Positions 36,700-46,332 are shown, counted from the stretch's first letter. The stretch is DNA of 46,332 bases from Alcanivorax sp. (GCA_033723495.1 JAWVWY010000001.1:1-46332), one strand, 5' to 3'. Translations and numbers: made by a program. The notes: a model not told the origin generated them from the sequence alone.

Positions 36700-37821
36700 A
36701 TGCAACAAATGCAAACACAGACATCCCGTTTTCAATCCGGCCTGCAGCGCATGCTGCGTTCGCGGGTCGCCCAGGTACTGACCTACCCCCATGGTGTAGA
36801 CCGCTACCTGGAAGTGATTAACCCGCTCTGGTCCACCAGCGACGTGCGTGCCCGAGTGGAAAAAATCCAGTACCTGACCGGCGACAGCGTCACCCTGACC
36901 CTGCGTCCCAATGACAACTGGCAGCGCTTCCGTCCCGGCCAGTTCGTGCAGCTGGGCGTGGAAATCGACGGCGTGCGTCGTAGTCGTTGTTATTCCCCGG
37001 CCAACTCGCTGCACAACAGCGATGGCACCCTCGAGCTGACCGCCAAGGCGCACGCCAACGGTTTTGTGTCCCGCTACCTGCGCGAGCAGCTGCAGGTTGG
37101 CCAGGTAGTGACCCTGTCCCAGGCCGACGGTGACTTTGCGCTGCCGGACAACCGCCCGGAACGTGTGCTGCTGATCAGTGGCGGCAGTGGCATTACCCCG
37201 GTGATGTCGATGCTGCGCACCCTCTGTGACGAGGGCCACGGCGGCAAGATTACCTTCCTGCACTACGCCAACAGTGCCGATGACATGATTTATGCCGATG
37301 AGCTCGCCGACATCGCCGCCCGCCATGACAACGTGGAGCTGGTGCGCTGCTTCAACGGTGGCGAGCAGGCGGGTGAGCTGTCCGGTCTGTTCTGTCGCGA
37401 GCACCTGGAGCAGGCGGTGCCGGACTACGCCAGCGCCGATGCCTTCCTGTGTGGCCCGCCGCCGATGATGGCCGCCGTGGAAGCCCTGTGGGAAGAAGAT
37501 GGCCTGGGCGAGCGCCTTTACAAGGAGCACTTCACCCTGGCCGCGCCGCAGATCGACAGCGACAGCGCCGAAGGCGAAGTGCGCTTCGTGCAGAGCGAAA
37601 AGATTGCCGTCAACAACGGCGCCACCCTGCTGGAGCAGGCCGAAGATGCCGGCCTGACCCCGGAATCCGGCTGCCGCATGGGGATCTGCCACGCCTGCAC
37701 CTGCCGCAAGACGGCCGGCCAGGTCCGTGACCTGCGCACCGGCGAGGTCAGCAGTGGCGAAGAAGAAGACATTCAACTCTGCGTCAGCGTGCCGGTGGGC
37801 ACGGTGACCCTGGACATCTAA
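36700..37821 (+). CDS. desC: FNR-2Fe-2S oxidoreductase partner of acyl-CoA desaturase (DesC/Rv3230c-like)
   Basis: RCYS FAD motif, GGSGITP, CGPP, C-terminal CRMGICHAC...C ferredoxin domain. Confidence 0.85.
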   Translation: MQQMQTQTSRFQSGLQRMLRSRVAQVLTYPHGVDRYLEVINPLWSTSDVRARVEKIQYLTGDSVTLTLRPNDNWQRFRPGQFVQLGVEIDGVRRSRCYSPANSLHNSDGTLELTAKAHANGFVSRYLREQLQVGQVVTLSQADGDFALPDNRPERVLLISGGSGITPVMSMLRTLCDEGHGGKITFLHYANSADDMIYADELADIAARHDNVELVRCFNGGEQAGELSGLFCREHLEQAVPDYASADAFLCGPPPMMAAVEALWEEDGLGERLYKEHFTLAAPQIDSDSAEGEVRFVQSEKIAVNNGATLLEQAEDAGLTPESGCRMGICHACTCRKTAGQVRDLRTGEVSSGEEEDIQLCVSVPVGTVTLDI

Positions 37822-37883
37822 ACGGAATCATTGACGAGCCGTGCAGGGCAAAGCGCCTGCAGCGACTTGAAAGGAGAAAGCAC

Positions 37884-39029
37884 ATGGGTATTTTCAACAC
37901 CTTGACCGCCGAGCAGTTTGACACCATTGGCCAGGAACTGGACGCCATCCGTAACCGCGAAATGGCTGACCTGGGCGAGGAAGATGTCACCTATATTCGT
38001 ACCCTGATCAAGCGCCAGCGTCGTCTGGAAATCGCCGGCCGTGGCTTGCTGATGGCGGGTTTTCTGCCGCCGGCATGGCTGGCAGGGGTGGCTTGTCTGT
38101 CCGCCTCCAAGATCCTCGACAACATGGAGATCGGCCATAACGTCATGCACGGTCAGTACGACTGGATGGGGGACCCGGCCATCAACTCCAAGACCTTCGA
38201 CTGGGACAATACCTGTACCAACAAGGCCTGGAAGCATACCCACAATTACGAGCACCATACCTTCACCAACGTGCTCGATAAGGACCACGACATTGGTTAC
38301 GGCATCCTGCGTATGTCCGACGACCAGCAGTGGGAACCACGCTTCCTGTTTAACCCGATTCTGGCCGGCATTCTGGCCACGTTCTTCCAGCATTTTGTGG
38401 CGGTACAGAGCCTCAAGCTGGAGGACTACCTGATCTACAAGACCAAGACCAAGGAACAGCTGAAAGCTGAATTCAAGCCGACCTGGAAGAAGATGCGCAA
38501 GCAGCTGGTCAAGGACTACCTGCTGTTCCCGGCCCTGGCTGGCCCGTTCTTCCCGTTTGTGTTCGCCGGTAACGTGGCCGCCAACCTGGCCCGTAACCTG
38601 TGGTCTTCCCAGGTGATCTTCAACGGCCACTTCCCGGAAGAGGTCGAGCAGTTCCCGGAAGACGTGATCGAGAACGAGACCCGCGGTCAGTGGTATGTGC
38701 GTCAGCTGCTCGGTTCCGCCAACTTCGAAGGCGGCCGTTTGATGCATATCATGAGCGGCAACCTGAGCTTCCAGATCGAGCACCATCTGTTCCCCGATCT
38801 GCCGGCCCACCGTTATGCGCGCATCGCGCCGGAGGTGCGTGCCATCTGCGAGAAGCATGGTCTGCCGTACAACACCGGCTCCTTCCTGAAGCAGTCCTTC
38901 AGCGTCTGGAAGCGGATCTTCAAGCTGGCCCTGCCGGGCAAGCAGAGCCGCGCCGACCAGCCTGTACCGGTAACCCCGGCGGCGCGGATCGACAGCAACC
39001 AGCCGGGCATCACCCGCAGAGCGGCCTGA
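37884..39029 (+). CDS. desB: Acyl-CoA desaturase (DesB/DesA3-like)
   Basis: His boxes HNVMH, HNYEHH, QIEHHLFP; RBS AAGGAG. Confidence 0.9.
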   Translation: MGIFNTLTAEQFDTIGQELDAIRNREMADLGEEDVTYIRTLIKRQRRLEIAGRGLLMAGFLPPAWLAGVACLSASKILDNMEIGHNVMHGQYDWMGDPAINSKTFDWDNTCTNKAWKHTHNYEHHTFTNVLDKDHDIGYGILRMSDDQQWEPRFLFNPILAGILATFFQHFVAVQSLKLEDYLIYKTKTKEQLKAEFKPTWKKMRKQLVKDYLLFPALAGPFFPFVFAGNVAANLARNLWSSQVIFNGHFPEEVEQFPEDVIENETRGQWYVRQLLGSANFEGGRLMHIMSGNLSFQIEHHLFPDLPAHRYARIAPEVRAICEKHGLPYNTGSFLKQSFSVWKRIFKLALPGKQSRADQPVPVTPAARIDSNQPGITRRAA

Positions 39030-39037
39030 TGCCAACC

Positions 39038-39057
39038 AGGGCCTGTGCGCAGGCCCT
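39038..39057 (+). terminator. Hairpin after desB (possible terminator or stabiliser)
   Basis: AGGGCCTG-tgcg-CAGGCCCT; no strong U-tract. Confidence 0.4.
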
Positions 39058-39143
39058 AATCCGGTTCCGGCTCCGCTGACCTTGTGCTACTCTCACCGCA
39101 ATCAGAATGAAAGCATTGGATTACGCGGGGACAAGGCATAAGC

Positions 39144-40160
39144 ATGGCAGAAATGACAGATTCCGGTGTGATGTTGCGAATGGCCTACAAGGCCATGGTA
39201 AACGCCGGTATTGATGCCGATGCCGTGTTGGCGGAAGTCGGACTGGATAAATCCATCCTGCAGGTTCAGGACCTGCGTACCCCCCATGACGCTCAGGAAT
39301 GGTTCTGGCAGGCGCTGGAGAAAGTCTCTGGCGATGAGCACATTGGCCTGCACCTGGGCAGTCATATGCCTGTCTACAAAGGGCAGGTGCTCGAATACCT
39401 GTTTCTTTCCAGTCCCACCTTCGGTGAAGGCCTGAAACGGGCTCTGGACTACCAGCGCCTGCTCTCCGATGCTGCCCAGGGCGAACTGTTTGAAGAGGGT
39501 GAGCGTGTCTTCCTCAAACAGATGATATGGAGCCCGCGCCTCAGCCATCTCAATGAATGCATGATGATGGGGGTGATCAAATTCTTCCGCTTCGTCACCG
39601 ACGGCGCCTTCGAGCCGCTGGAGATACACTTTGGTCATGGTCGACATGCCGACCGGGAAGAATACCAGCGCCTGTTCGACTGCCCGGTGAAATTCGACAT
39701 GCCGTCGGTAGGTATGTATTTCGATGCCAGCGTCATGAACATGCCCTCTGCCCACCACGAACCGGAACTGCTGCGTCTGCACGAACAGCTGGCCAGCGAG
39801 CAGGTGGCTCGCCTGGAAAAACAGGACCTGGTCGCCCAGGTCAATCGCCTGATTGGCGAGCTGCTGGAATCCGGCCACGCCAACCTGGAAGAGGTAGCCG
39901 AGCGCCTAGGTATCAAGGCCCGTCAGCTGCGCACCCGGCTGGCCGATGCCGGCACCAACTTCAACCAGCTGGTGGCAGACTACCGCTGCCGCCTGGCGAA
40001 GCGTCTGCTGGCCGGTACCGACGAATCCATTGATGAAATCGTTTACCTCACCGGCTTTTCCGAGCCCTCGACCTTCTACCGCGCGTTCAAGCGCTGGGTC
40101 GGCATGACACCCATCGAGTACCGCAAGCAGAAAGCGGAAGAAGATGCCTTGAATGGTTAA
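39144..40160 (+). CDS. AraC-family transcriptional regulator (OruR/Arabinose_bd_2 type)
   Basis: C-terminal IVYLTGFSEPSTFYRAFKRWVGMTPIEYR; N-terminal domain with Y..LF.CPV.F motif. Confidence 0.9.
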   Translation: MAEMTDSGVMLRMAYKAMVNAGIDADAVLAEVGLDKSILQVQDLRTPHDAQEWFWQALEKVSGDEHIGLHLGSHMPVYKGQVLEYLFLSSPTFGEGLKRALDYQRLLSDAAQGELFEEGERVFLKQMIWSPRLSHLNECMMMGVIKFFRFVTDGAFEPLEIHFGHGRHADREEYQRLFDCPVKFDMPSVGMYFDASVMNMPSAHHEPELLRLHEQLASEQVARLEKQDLVAQVNRLIGELLESGHANLEEVAERLGIKARQLRTRLADAGTNFNQLVADYRCRLAKRLLAGTDESIDEIVYLTGFSEPSTFYRAFKRWVGMTPIEYRKQKAEEDALNG

Positions 40161-40191
40161 ACCGTCCGGGTGGGCTTGATATGACAGAAAG

Positions 40192-40215
40192 AAAGGCGCC
40201 GCAGGCGCCTTTTTT
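40192..40215 (+). terminator. Intrinsic terminator after araC
   Basis: AAAGGCGCC-gca-GGCGCCTTTTTT. Confidence 0.85.
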
Positions 40216-40452
40216 GTGTCCGCCATTTGGGTTGCCGTTGGTGATGGATGCGGTTAGCGAGCCGCTCGCGTATGGCATATGGGAAGCGCTGAATAACTGG
40301 TTTAATGGCCGTGTAATGGTGCCATCGGCTGCGTGGTGTCTTTGGGGCGTGTATTGCATGGGGCGTTCTCACCTCGCCGTTTCACCACATGGTGTGACGA
40401 CATGGCAAATTGGCAATAACGCCTCGACGGATGACGGGATATCAAAACAATC

Positions 40453-40821
40453 ATGATGACCCACAACGAAAAGCGACTCTGCTGGGCCTACGGCGCCATC
40501 GCGGTTACCGCGCTGCTGGTGACCTGGTCGAATAATCTGGCTTTCATGGCCGAGCCGGGAAACCGTGAGCTGACCAGTTTTGTCCGCGCGCTCTTTGTGA
40601 ACCATGCATCGGCATCCATTGCCTACGATATTCTTTTCTATTGCCTGGCCGGTTTTCTCTTCATGGTGCATGAAGCCAGACGCCTGGGCGTTCGCCATGT
40701 CTGGGTCTATATCCTGTTATCGGCAGGTATTGCCGTCAGTGTCATGTTTCCCCTGTTCCTGATCGCCAGGCAGGTGGCGCTTGCCCGGCAACGCCAGCAG
40801 ATTGACGACAATCGAGTGTAA
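40453..40821 (+). CDS. Small membrane protein (DUF2834-like)
   Basis: Three hydrophobic segments; NHASASIAYD, EARRLG, AVSVMFPLFLIAR. Confidence 0.7.
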   Translation: MMTHNEKRLCWAYGAIAVTALLVTWSNNLAFMAEPGNRELTSFVRALFVNHASASIAYDILFYCLAGFLFMVHEARRLGVRHVWVYILLSAGIAVSVMFPLFLIARQVALARQRQQIDDNRV

Positions 40822-40925
40822 TCGGGAGGACATCCAGGCAAAGACAAGCTTGCGCAGGCCGTCGTGCTGCAGGTTGTTGTGGGCTATTTTTGTCGTGGTG
40901 GGAGGGGCGCCGGCTCGGTATCCCG

Positions 40926-41426
40926 TCAATCGTCGGTACGCCTGGCGTTGCCGTCGATGGTGACGCCGCCGTCCCGATTGGGGCGTGGTGATTGTGGCGG
41001 CTGGGTGTCGGCGCGACTCCAGCTTTGCTGCTGATAGAAGAACACGCTGCCATTGCCGGCCATGGTCTGCAGGGTACCGCGCTGAATGATCTTGTTGGCC
41101 AGCCAGCGGCGAGAGCCGGGCAGCAACAGTGCAAAGCCGACGCTGTCAGTGATAAAGCCGGGGGTGATCAGCAGGGCGCCGCCGAGTAGCAGCATCATGC
41201 CTTCCACCATTTCCTGACCCGGCATTTCCCCCTGTTGCATGCGCTGGTTGAGGCGCAGCCAGGTGTCCAGCCCCTGACGGCGGAACAGGTAGCTGCCGAG
41301 CATGGCGGTGGCCACGGTCAGCACGATGGTAACGGGCCAGCCGATCAGGCCTGCGACCTTGGCCAGTACCATCACTTCCAGCAGGGCAAATCCGAAGATA
41401 AAGAAGAAAATCCGACCGAAACCCAT
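40926..41426 (-). CDS. fxsA: FxsA-family membrane protein
   Basis: GGALLITPGFITDSVG signature; TIDG-like C-terminus. Confidence 0.88.
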   Translation of the reverse strand: MGFGRIFFFIFGFALLEVMVLAKVAGLIGWPVTIVLTVATAMLGSYLFRRQGLDTWLRLNQRMQQGEMPGQEMVEGMMLLLGGALLITPGFITDSVGFALLLPGSRRWLANKIIQRGTLQTMAGNGSVFFYQQQSWSRADTQPPQSPRPNRDGGVTIDGNARRTDD

Positions 41427-41483
41427 GGGGTGTCCTGTAATTGCGGGGCTATCACTACAACATGGCGATGGCGGGTCCCGGTT

Positions 41484-42392
41484 TCAAGGGTGGCCGCCAG
41501 CCTCTGCCAGTAATTGTTCACGAAGCCAGCGGTGCGCCGGGTCGCGGTGCTGGGCCTGGGACCAGCTCATATAGATCGGTACCGGTGGCAGGGCGGCCGG
41601 GAACGGCAGCACCTGCAGGCCCAGGGCGGGCCCGTATTGTCGGGCCAGCCGCTCCGGTACGGTGGCAATCATATCGGAGCGGGCGCAGGTGGCCAGCATA
41701 CTGGCGAACTGTGTGACGCGGGCGCCGGTGCGGCGTTGCCAGCCGGGTTTTTGCAGGATCTGGTCCAGCGGCAGGCGGCGGTTGCGGTCCGGCAGGACCA
41801 CATGCTCGGCGTGCAGAAACTGCCGCTTGCCGCAGCGCCCCCGCAGGGTCGGGTGGTCGTGGCGGGCCACCACCACCAGCGCCTCTTCCAGCAGTACCTG
41901 ACGCGGCAGTTTCGGGTCATCCGCGATAAAGGCATCCACCGCCAGATCGGCCTGGCCCCTGTGCAGGGCCGCGTTGGTCTGATCATCGGCGACACTGATT
42001 TCCAGCACGATATGGGGCGCCTGGGCACGTAACCGGGTCAGCAGGCCGGGCAATATCACCATCTCGAAGTAATCGACACTGAGGATGCGGAAGTGGCGCT
42101 CACTGGTGGCCGGGGTGAAGCGGTTGTCCGGATCCAGTGCATCGCGCAGGCCCTCCAGCTGGCCGCGGATCAGCGGGTGCAGCTCACGGGCCCTGGGGGT
42201 CGGTTGCATGCCATGGCGGGTACGGATGAACAGCTCATCGCCCAGGGTGTGACGCAGGCGTTGCAGCGCGGCACTAATGGCCGGCTGGCTCATGCCCAGT
42301 GCCTCTGCGGCGCGCGACAGCTGGCCGGCCTCCATGATGGCATCAAAGACTGGCAGCAGGTTCAGGTCGACGCTTCGTAAATTCAGTTTCAT
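41484..42392 (-). CDS. LysR-family transcriptional regulator (NodD/LeuO-like)
   Basis: DLNLLPVF...SQPAISAALQRLR...DELFIR...PTP; DPAHRWLR C-terminus. Confidence 0.92.
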   Translation of the reverse strand: MKLNLRSVDLNLLPVFDAIMEAGQLSRAAEALGMSQPAISAALQRLRHTLGDELFIRTRHGMQPTPRARELHPLIRGQLEGLRDALDPDNRFTPATSERHFRILSVDYFEMVILPGLLTRLRAQAPHIVLEISVADDQTNAALHRGQADLAVDAFIADDPKLPRQVLLEEALVVVARHDHPTLRGRCGKRQFLHAEHVVLPDRNRRLPLDQILQKPGWQRRTGARVTQFASMLATCARSDMIATVPERLARQYGPALGLQVLPFPAALPPVPIYMSWSQAQHRDPAHRWLREQLLAEAGGHP

Positions 42393-42491
42393 GGATATTA
42401 GTTATACCAAATATTAATTGGGCAGGGTAATACGCCGTGTATAAGGTCGGGGTGTGTGCGCGACAACCCCAACACACTCGGGAGAATAACA

Positions 42492-43418
42492 ATGGATCAG
42501 AAACTCACGTCTCTTGTGACGGCCTTCGTGATCATCAGTGCCATCTGGGAACTGATCGCCGGTCGAACCAGGAACGGTCGAAAGACCAAACAAGACTGGA
42601 AGGTGGCTTTCCTGGCAACCTTTATGATGGTAGCCATTCAGCGGCCGTTGGTATTGCTGGCGCTGACGTTCGGCCTCAGCCACCTGTTTCCGGGCAGTGC
42701 CGGTTCACTGGCCTGGCTGGAAAAGGATTACTTCATTCCAACGCTGATTGCGTATTTCTGCATCGAGGAGTTTATTCACGGGGCCTTCCACCTGTTTGCC
42801 CATGCCCGTCGCCCGAAGAATCGGGTGCTGCAATGGGTGCAGGCGTTGTACAAGATGAGCCATCGCCCCCACCACCTGGTTGGCGGTCAGGACAACAAGG
42901 GTCAGCTGTCGGTGACCCAGACTTTTGTCAACGGCTGGGCCTGGTGGTTCATCATGCCCAACTACACCTTCCAGCTGCTGTGCCTTTATCTGGGGCTGGT
43001 GGACGTGTTCCTGCTGGGTACTGCCATCAAGGGGCTGTGGGCGGCGCAGACCCATGTGAACTGGAATTGGGACCTCTACTTCCATAACCACAAGTGGGCC
43101 TGGGTGCGTAAAACCATGTGGGCGCTGGCCCATGTGCTGACCTTCCCGACCCAGCACCACCACCACCATTCCCGTGGCCCCAACTCGGCCAAGAATGTGT
43201 CCTCGACACTGGCGATTTACGACTGGCTGGTATTCGGTACCCTGGCCATCGAAACCGAACGTCCCAAGGTATATGGCTGGCGCCAGAACGAAGATGAAGC
43301 GGGTAGTGTGCTCAAGCGTTACTTCTTCTGGGATGTCAGCCAGTACATGCCCGGCGGAGCAGCCAAAGCCAAGGCAAAAGCACAGGCAAAAGCCAGCAAG
43401 CAGGCGGAGGCGGCTTAA
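42492..43418 (+). CDS. Fatty acid hydroxylase/sterol desaturase family di-iron membrane enzyme
   Basis: His motifs HLFAH, HRPHH, THVN, HHHHHS; DWLVFGT; RBS GGAG before ATG 42492. Confidence 0.82.
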   Translation: MDQKLTSLVTAFVIISAIWELIAGRTRNGRKTKQDWKVAFLATFMMVAIQRPLVLLALTFGLSHLFPGSAGSLAWLEKDYFIPTLIAYFCIEEFIHGAFHLFAHARRPKNRVLQWVQALYKMSHRPHHLVGGQDNKGQLSVTQTFVNGWAWWFIMPNYTFQLLCLYLGLVDVFLLGTAIKGLWAAQTHVNWNWDLYFHNHKWAWVRKTMWALAHVLTFPTQHHHHHSRGPNSAKNVSSTLAIYDWLVFGTLAIETERPKVYGWRQNEDEAGSVLKRYFFWDVSQYMPGGAAKAKAKAQAKASKQAEAA

Positions 43419-43462
43419 CGAGCACAACGTAAACCGTCTCGGGAGAGCAGACGGATATTCAC

Positions 43463-43496
43463 AGGCCCCGCCAGGTCTCCGGCGGGGCCTTTTTTT
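43463..43496 (+). terminator. Intrinsic terminator
   Basis: AGGCCCCGCC-N8-GGCGGGGCCT followed by a T run. Confidence 0.85.
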
Positions 43497-43665
43497 CTGG
43501 ACCGTCTATAAGGAAGGTCGGGTGCCGCGCGGTGGCTTGCATTTTTTGGGAGCCGGCCGGCTGGCGACGGGGTCTGGCTGGAAGGCCTCCCCATAAACAG
43601 GCCCGGGCACGAGGGGCCGCATTGTCGCCGTGATCTCTTTGACCTGGTTGCTAAACGCTGTCCAC

Positions 43666-43699
43666 AAAAAAGCCCCGCCGGTTACCCGGCGGGGCTTTT
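43666..43699 (-). terminator. Intrinsic (possibly bidirectional) terminator after the FabG4-like gene
   Basis: AAAAAAGCCCCGCCGG-ttac-CCGGCGGGGCTTTT. Confidence 0.85.
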
Positions 43700-43722
43700 C
43701 GATGTTGCTTGGGGCGTGAGCG

Positions 43723-45141
43723 TTACGCGCCCAGCAGCATCTGACCACACACGCGCACCACGTTGCCGGTCAGGCCCTGGGAGGCCGGGCTGGCAAAGAA
43801 GGCGATGGTTTCGGCCACGTCCACCGGCTGACCGCCCTGGTTCATGGCGTTCATGCGGCGGCCTGCTTCACGGATGGTGAAGGGAATGGCGGCGGTCATT
43901 TGAGTTTCGATGAAGCCCGGCGCCACGGCGTTGATGGTGATGCCTTTTTCAGCGTACTCGTCCTTGAAGGCATCGATCATGCCGATCACGGCGGCCTTGG
44001 AGGCGCCATAGTTGGTCTGACCCAGGTTGCCGGCGATACCGGCGATGGAGCTGATGGAGATGATGCGGCCACCGTCGCCCATGCCTCCATCGGCCAGCAG
44101 CTTCTCGTTAATGCGCAGCTGGCTGGAGATGTTGATGTTCAGCACCATATCCCAGAATTTTTCCGGCATGTTGCCGAGCATCTTGTCGCGGGTCACGCCG
44201 GCGTTGTGGACCACCACGTCGTAGCCACCGATGTCCTTGGCCTTGACAGCGATCTTTTCCGGCGCATCGTCGGCGGTGATGTCCAGTTCCAGGGTGTCGC
44301 CGCCGATCTGCGCGGCGACCTTGTTCAGGTCGTCAGCCATCGGCGGGATATCCAGCACGGTGACGGTGGCGCCGTCACGGGCCAGCACTTCGGCGATGGC
44401 TGCGCCGATGCCGCGGGAGCCACCGGTAACCAGGGCTTTTTTGCCGGCCAGCGGCTGGTTCCAGTCGAATTTCTTGGCGTCAAACCCGGCTTCTGTGACA
44501 CGCACAATCTGGGCGGACACGTAGGCGGATTTGGGTGACAGGAAGAAGTGCAGCGGCGAGGCCAGTTGCTTCTCGGCGCCCTTGTCCACGTAGACCAGCT
44601 GGACGGTGGCGCCTTTCTTGATTTCCTTGCCCACTGAGCGAGTGAAGCCTTCCAGGGCACGCTGGGCAACACGAACCACGCCGCTCTGCTTTTCCGGGGT
44701 ACGACCGATCACGACCACACGGGCGCATTTGTCGAGCTTGCGGATCACCGGGTGGAAGAATTCCCACAGGGCTTTCAGTTCTTCGGTATTGCTGATGCCG
44801 GTGGCATCGAACACCAGCGCCTTGAACTTGGCATCGTCTTCGCGGTTGGCGGTGTAGTTGTCGGCATCAATGCGCAGTTTGCCAGCTTTTTTCTGCAGCT
44901 CGGAGGCGTTGCCGTTGTTGGCCAGTACCGCCACCTTGGCTTGTGGCGCGGTCTTCAGGGTGCTGAGAACAGTGTCCACCGCGGTGGAGCCGGCGGCGGC
45001 ACCAACCAGAACCCGGCCTGCAACAAAAGAATCCTGGCCCGGCTGCCAGCGCTCCAGAATGACTGGAATCGGCAAGTTGATTGCGCCAAACAGCGCCTTG
45101 CCCATGGGAGAATTGGCAATCGCCTGGTAGGTATCGCTCAT
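43723..45141 (-). CDS. High-molecular-weight 3-oxoacyl-thioester reductase (FabG4/PA4786-like)
   Basis: N-terminal flavodoxin-like domain plus SDR (TGGSRGIG, HNAGVTRD, NYGASK, VAPGFIET, RVCGQMLLGA). Confidence 0.9.
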   Translation of the reverse strand: MSDTYQAIANSPMGKALFGAINLPIPVILERWQPGQDSFVAGRVLVGAAAGSTAVDTVLSTLKTAPQAKVAVLANNGNASELQKKAGKLRIDADNYTANREDDAKFKALVFDATGISNTEELKALWEFFHPVIRKLDKCARVVVIGRTPEKQSGVVRVAQRALEGFTRSVGKEIKKGATVQLVYVDKGAEKQLASPLHFFLSPKSAYVSAQIVRVTEAGFDAKKFDWNQPLAGKKALVTGGSRGIGAAIAEVLARDGATVTVLDIPPMADDLNKVAAQIGGDTLELDITADDAPEKIAVKAKDIGGYDVVVHNAGVTRDKMLGNMPEKFWDMVLNINISSQLRINEKLLADGGMGDGGRIISISSIAGIAGNLGQTNYGASKAAVIGMIDAFKDEYAEKGITINAVAPGFIETQMTAAIPFTIREAGRRMNAMNQGGQPVDVAETIAFFASPASQGLTGNVVRVCGQMLLGA

Positions 45142-45458
45142 TGTCCTGTCCTTTGCCATTAAATGGTAAGTATGGAAATTCCGGCTACCTTAACGTATCC
45201 GGTGACTGAATAAAGCCGCCGCGGGGCCTTCTGGAAAGATTTAAGAATTCCTTCGTAGAGTCATTGGCAATGCCGCGGGGCAGACTAGCTGCGTATTGAA
45301 TCATTGCCGTGTGACCGGTGTATTGACCGCTACCGGTCACCCGGGAGGCGTTTGAGCCAATGAGGCCTTGATCATTGGGGGTAGACTGCGCCCATCTGAA
45401 TGAATCCGGTGCTATTACCCGGCACCGTTGATGACCGCCATCAATAGAGGAAATGATT

Positions 45459-46332
45459 ATGCTGGCAGGTAAAGCTGTTCGTAAGGTTGCCATTATCGGC
45501 GGTAACCGTATCCCGTTCGCCCGTTCCAATTCGGCCTACATCGATACCAGTAACCAGGAAATGCTGACTGCCGCCCTTGATGGCCTGGTGGATCGCTTCA
45601 AGCTGCACGGCGAAAAAATTGATGAAGTGGCCGCGGGTGCGGTGATGAAGCACGCCCGTGATTTCAACCTGGTACGTGAATCCGTACTGGGCTCCAAGCT
45701 GGCGCCGGAAACCGCTGCCTATGATCTGCAGCAAGCCTGTGGCACCGGTCTGGAAGCGGCCATCCTGGTGGCCAACAAGATCGCCTTGGGTCAGATCGAC
45801 TGCGCCATCGCCGGCGGTGTGGACACCACCTCGGATGCGCCGCTGGGTGTCAACGAAGATGCCCGCAAGGTATTCATGGCACTCAACCGCGCCAAGACCA
45901 ATGGCGAGCGCGCCAAGCTGGGTCTGAAGCTGCTGAACCCGAAATCCCTGATGCCTGACATTCCCAAGAACGGCGAGCCGCGTACCGGCCTGTCCATGGG
46001 TGAGCACCAGGCGATCACCGCCGCCGAGTGGGGCATTGCCCGTGAAGATCAGGATGAGCTGGCGTGGAAATCCCACCAGAACCTGGCCAAGTCCTATGAA
46101 GATGGCTGGCAGGATGATCTGATCACCCCGTTCAAAGGGCTGGAGCGTGACAACAACATGCGTGGCGATTCCACCCTGGAAAAACTGGCGACCCTGAAGC
46201 CCTGCTTCGGTGGCCCGAACGGCACCATGACCCCGGCCAACTCCACCCCGCTGACCGACGGTGCCTCCGCCGTGTTGCTGGCGTCTGAAGAGTGGGCCAA
46301 GGAACGGGGGCTGCCGGTACTGGCCTACCTGA
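45459..46332 (+). CDS. Acetyl-CoA C-acyltransferase (thiolase, FadA2/PA4785-like), 3' truncated by window edge; absent from the ORF track
   Basis: Read directly: MLAGKAVRKVAIIGGNRIPFARSN...QQACGTGLEA (catalytic Cys)...EPRTGLSMGE...NSTPLTDGAS; RBS GAGG; frame stays open to the end. Confidence 0.9.
   Translation, partial: MLAGKAVRKVAIIGGNRIPFARSNSAYIDTSNQEMLTAALDGLVDRFKLHGEKIDEVAAGAVMKHARDFNLVRESVLGSKLAPETAAYDLQQACGTGLEAAILVANKIALGQIDCAIAGGVDTTSDAPLGVNEDARKVFMALNRAKTNGERAKLGLKLLNPKSLMPDIPKNGEPRTGLSMGEHQAITAAEWGIAREDQDELAWKSHQNLAKSYEDGWQDDLITPFKGLERDNNMRGDSTLEKLATLKPCFGGPNGTMTPANSTPLTDGASAVLLASEEWAKERGLPVLAYL

Noticed and set aside
46330-46332. Terminal TGA as the thiolase stop codon
   Set aside because: It is out of frame (…TAC CTG A); the gene continues beyond the window.

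Overview
GC-rich chromosomal window from a gammaproteobacterium; gene content and order suggest Alcanivorax or a related Oceanospirillales (inference). It holds about 35 CDS. I see no rRNA, tRNA, CRISPR array, integrase or transposase. Main modules: (1) the 3' end of pbpC, an alpha/beta hydrolase and a stand-alone molybdopterin oxidoreductase; (2) an accessory surface operon with three phage tail-collar (MdpB-type) domains on two genes (one single, one fused double), followed by a 2432-aa Ig/cadherin-repeat, FG-GAP, GlyGly-CTERM adhesin, with no phage genes nearby; (3) housekeeping genes (blc, SDR, exported M14/aspartoacylase-like enzyme, uup, SMI1/KNR4, mscK, lasT-type methyltransferase); (4) a plcB-like phospholipase/PPIase/accessory trio; (5) a PA2779/PA2778-type substrate plus C39 peptidase pair; (6) a selenium operon: mnmH, a PhnCDE-like putative Se-oxyanion ABC transporter, a PhzF-family gene and an oxidoreductase-SelD fusion; (7) a fatty-acid cluster (MaoC, DesT, DesC/DesB with visible operators, AraC, fatty-acid hydroxylase, FabG4-like reductase, thiolase running off the right edge). 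The best candidates for a poorly described system are the collar-trimer/adhesin operon and the PhzF-containing selenium operon.
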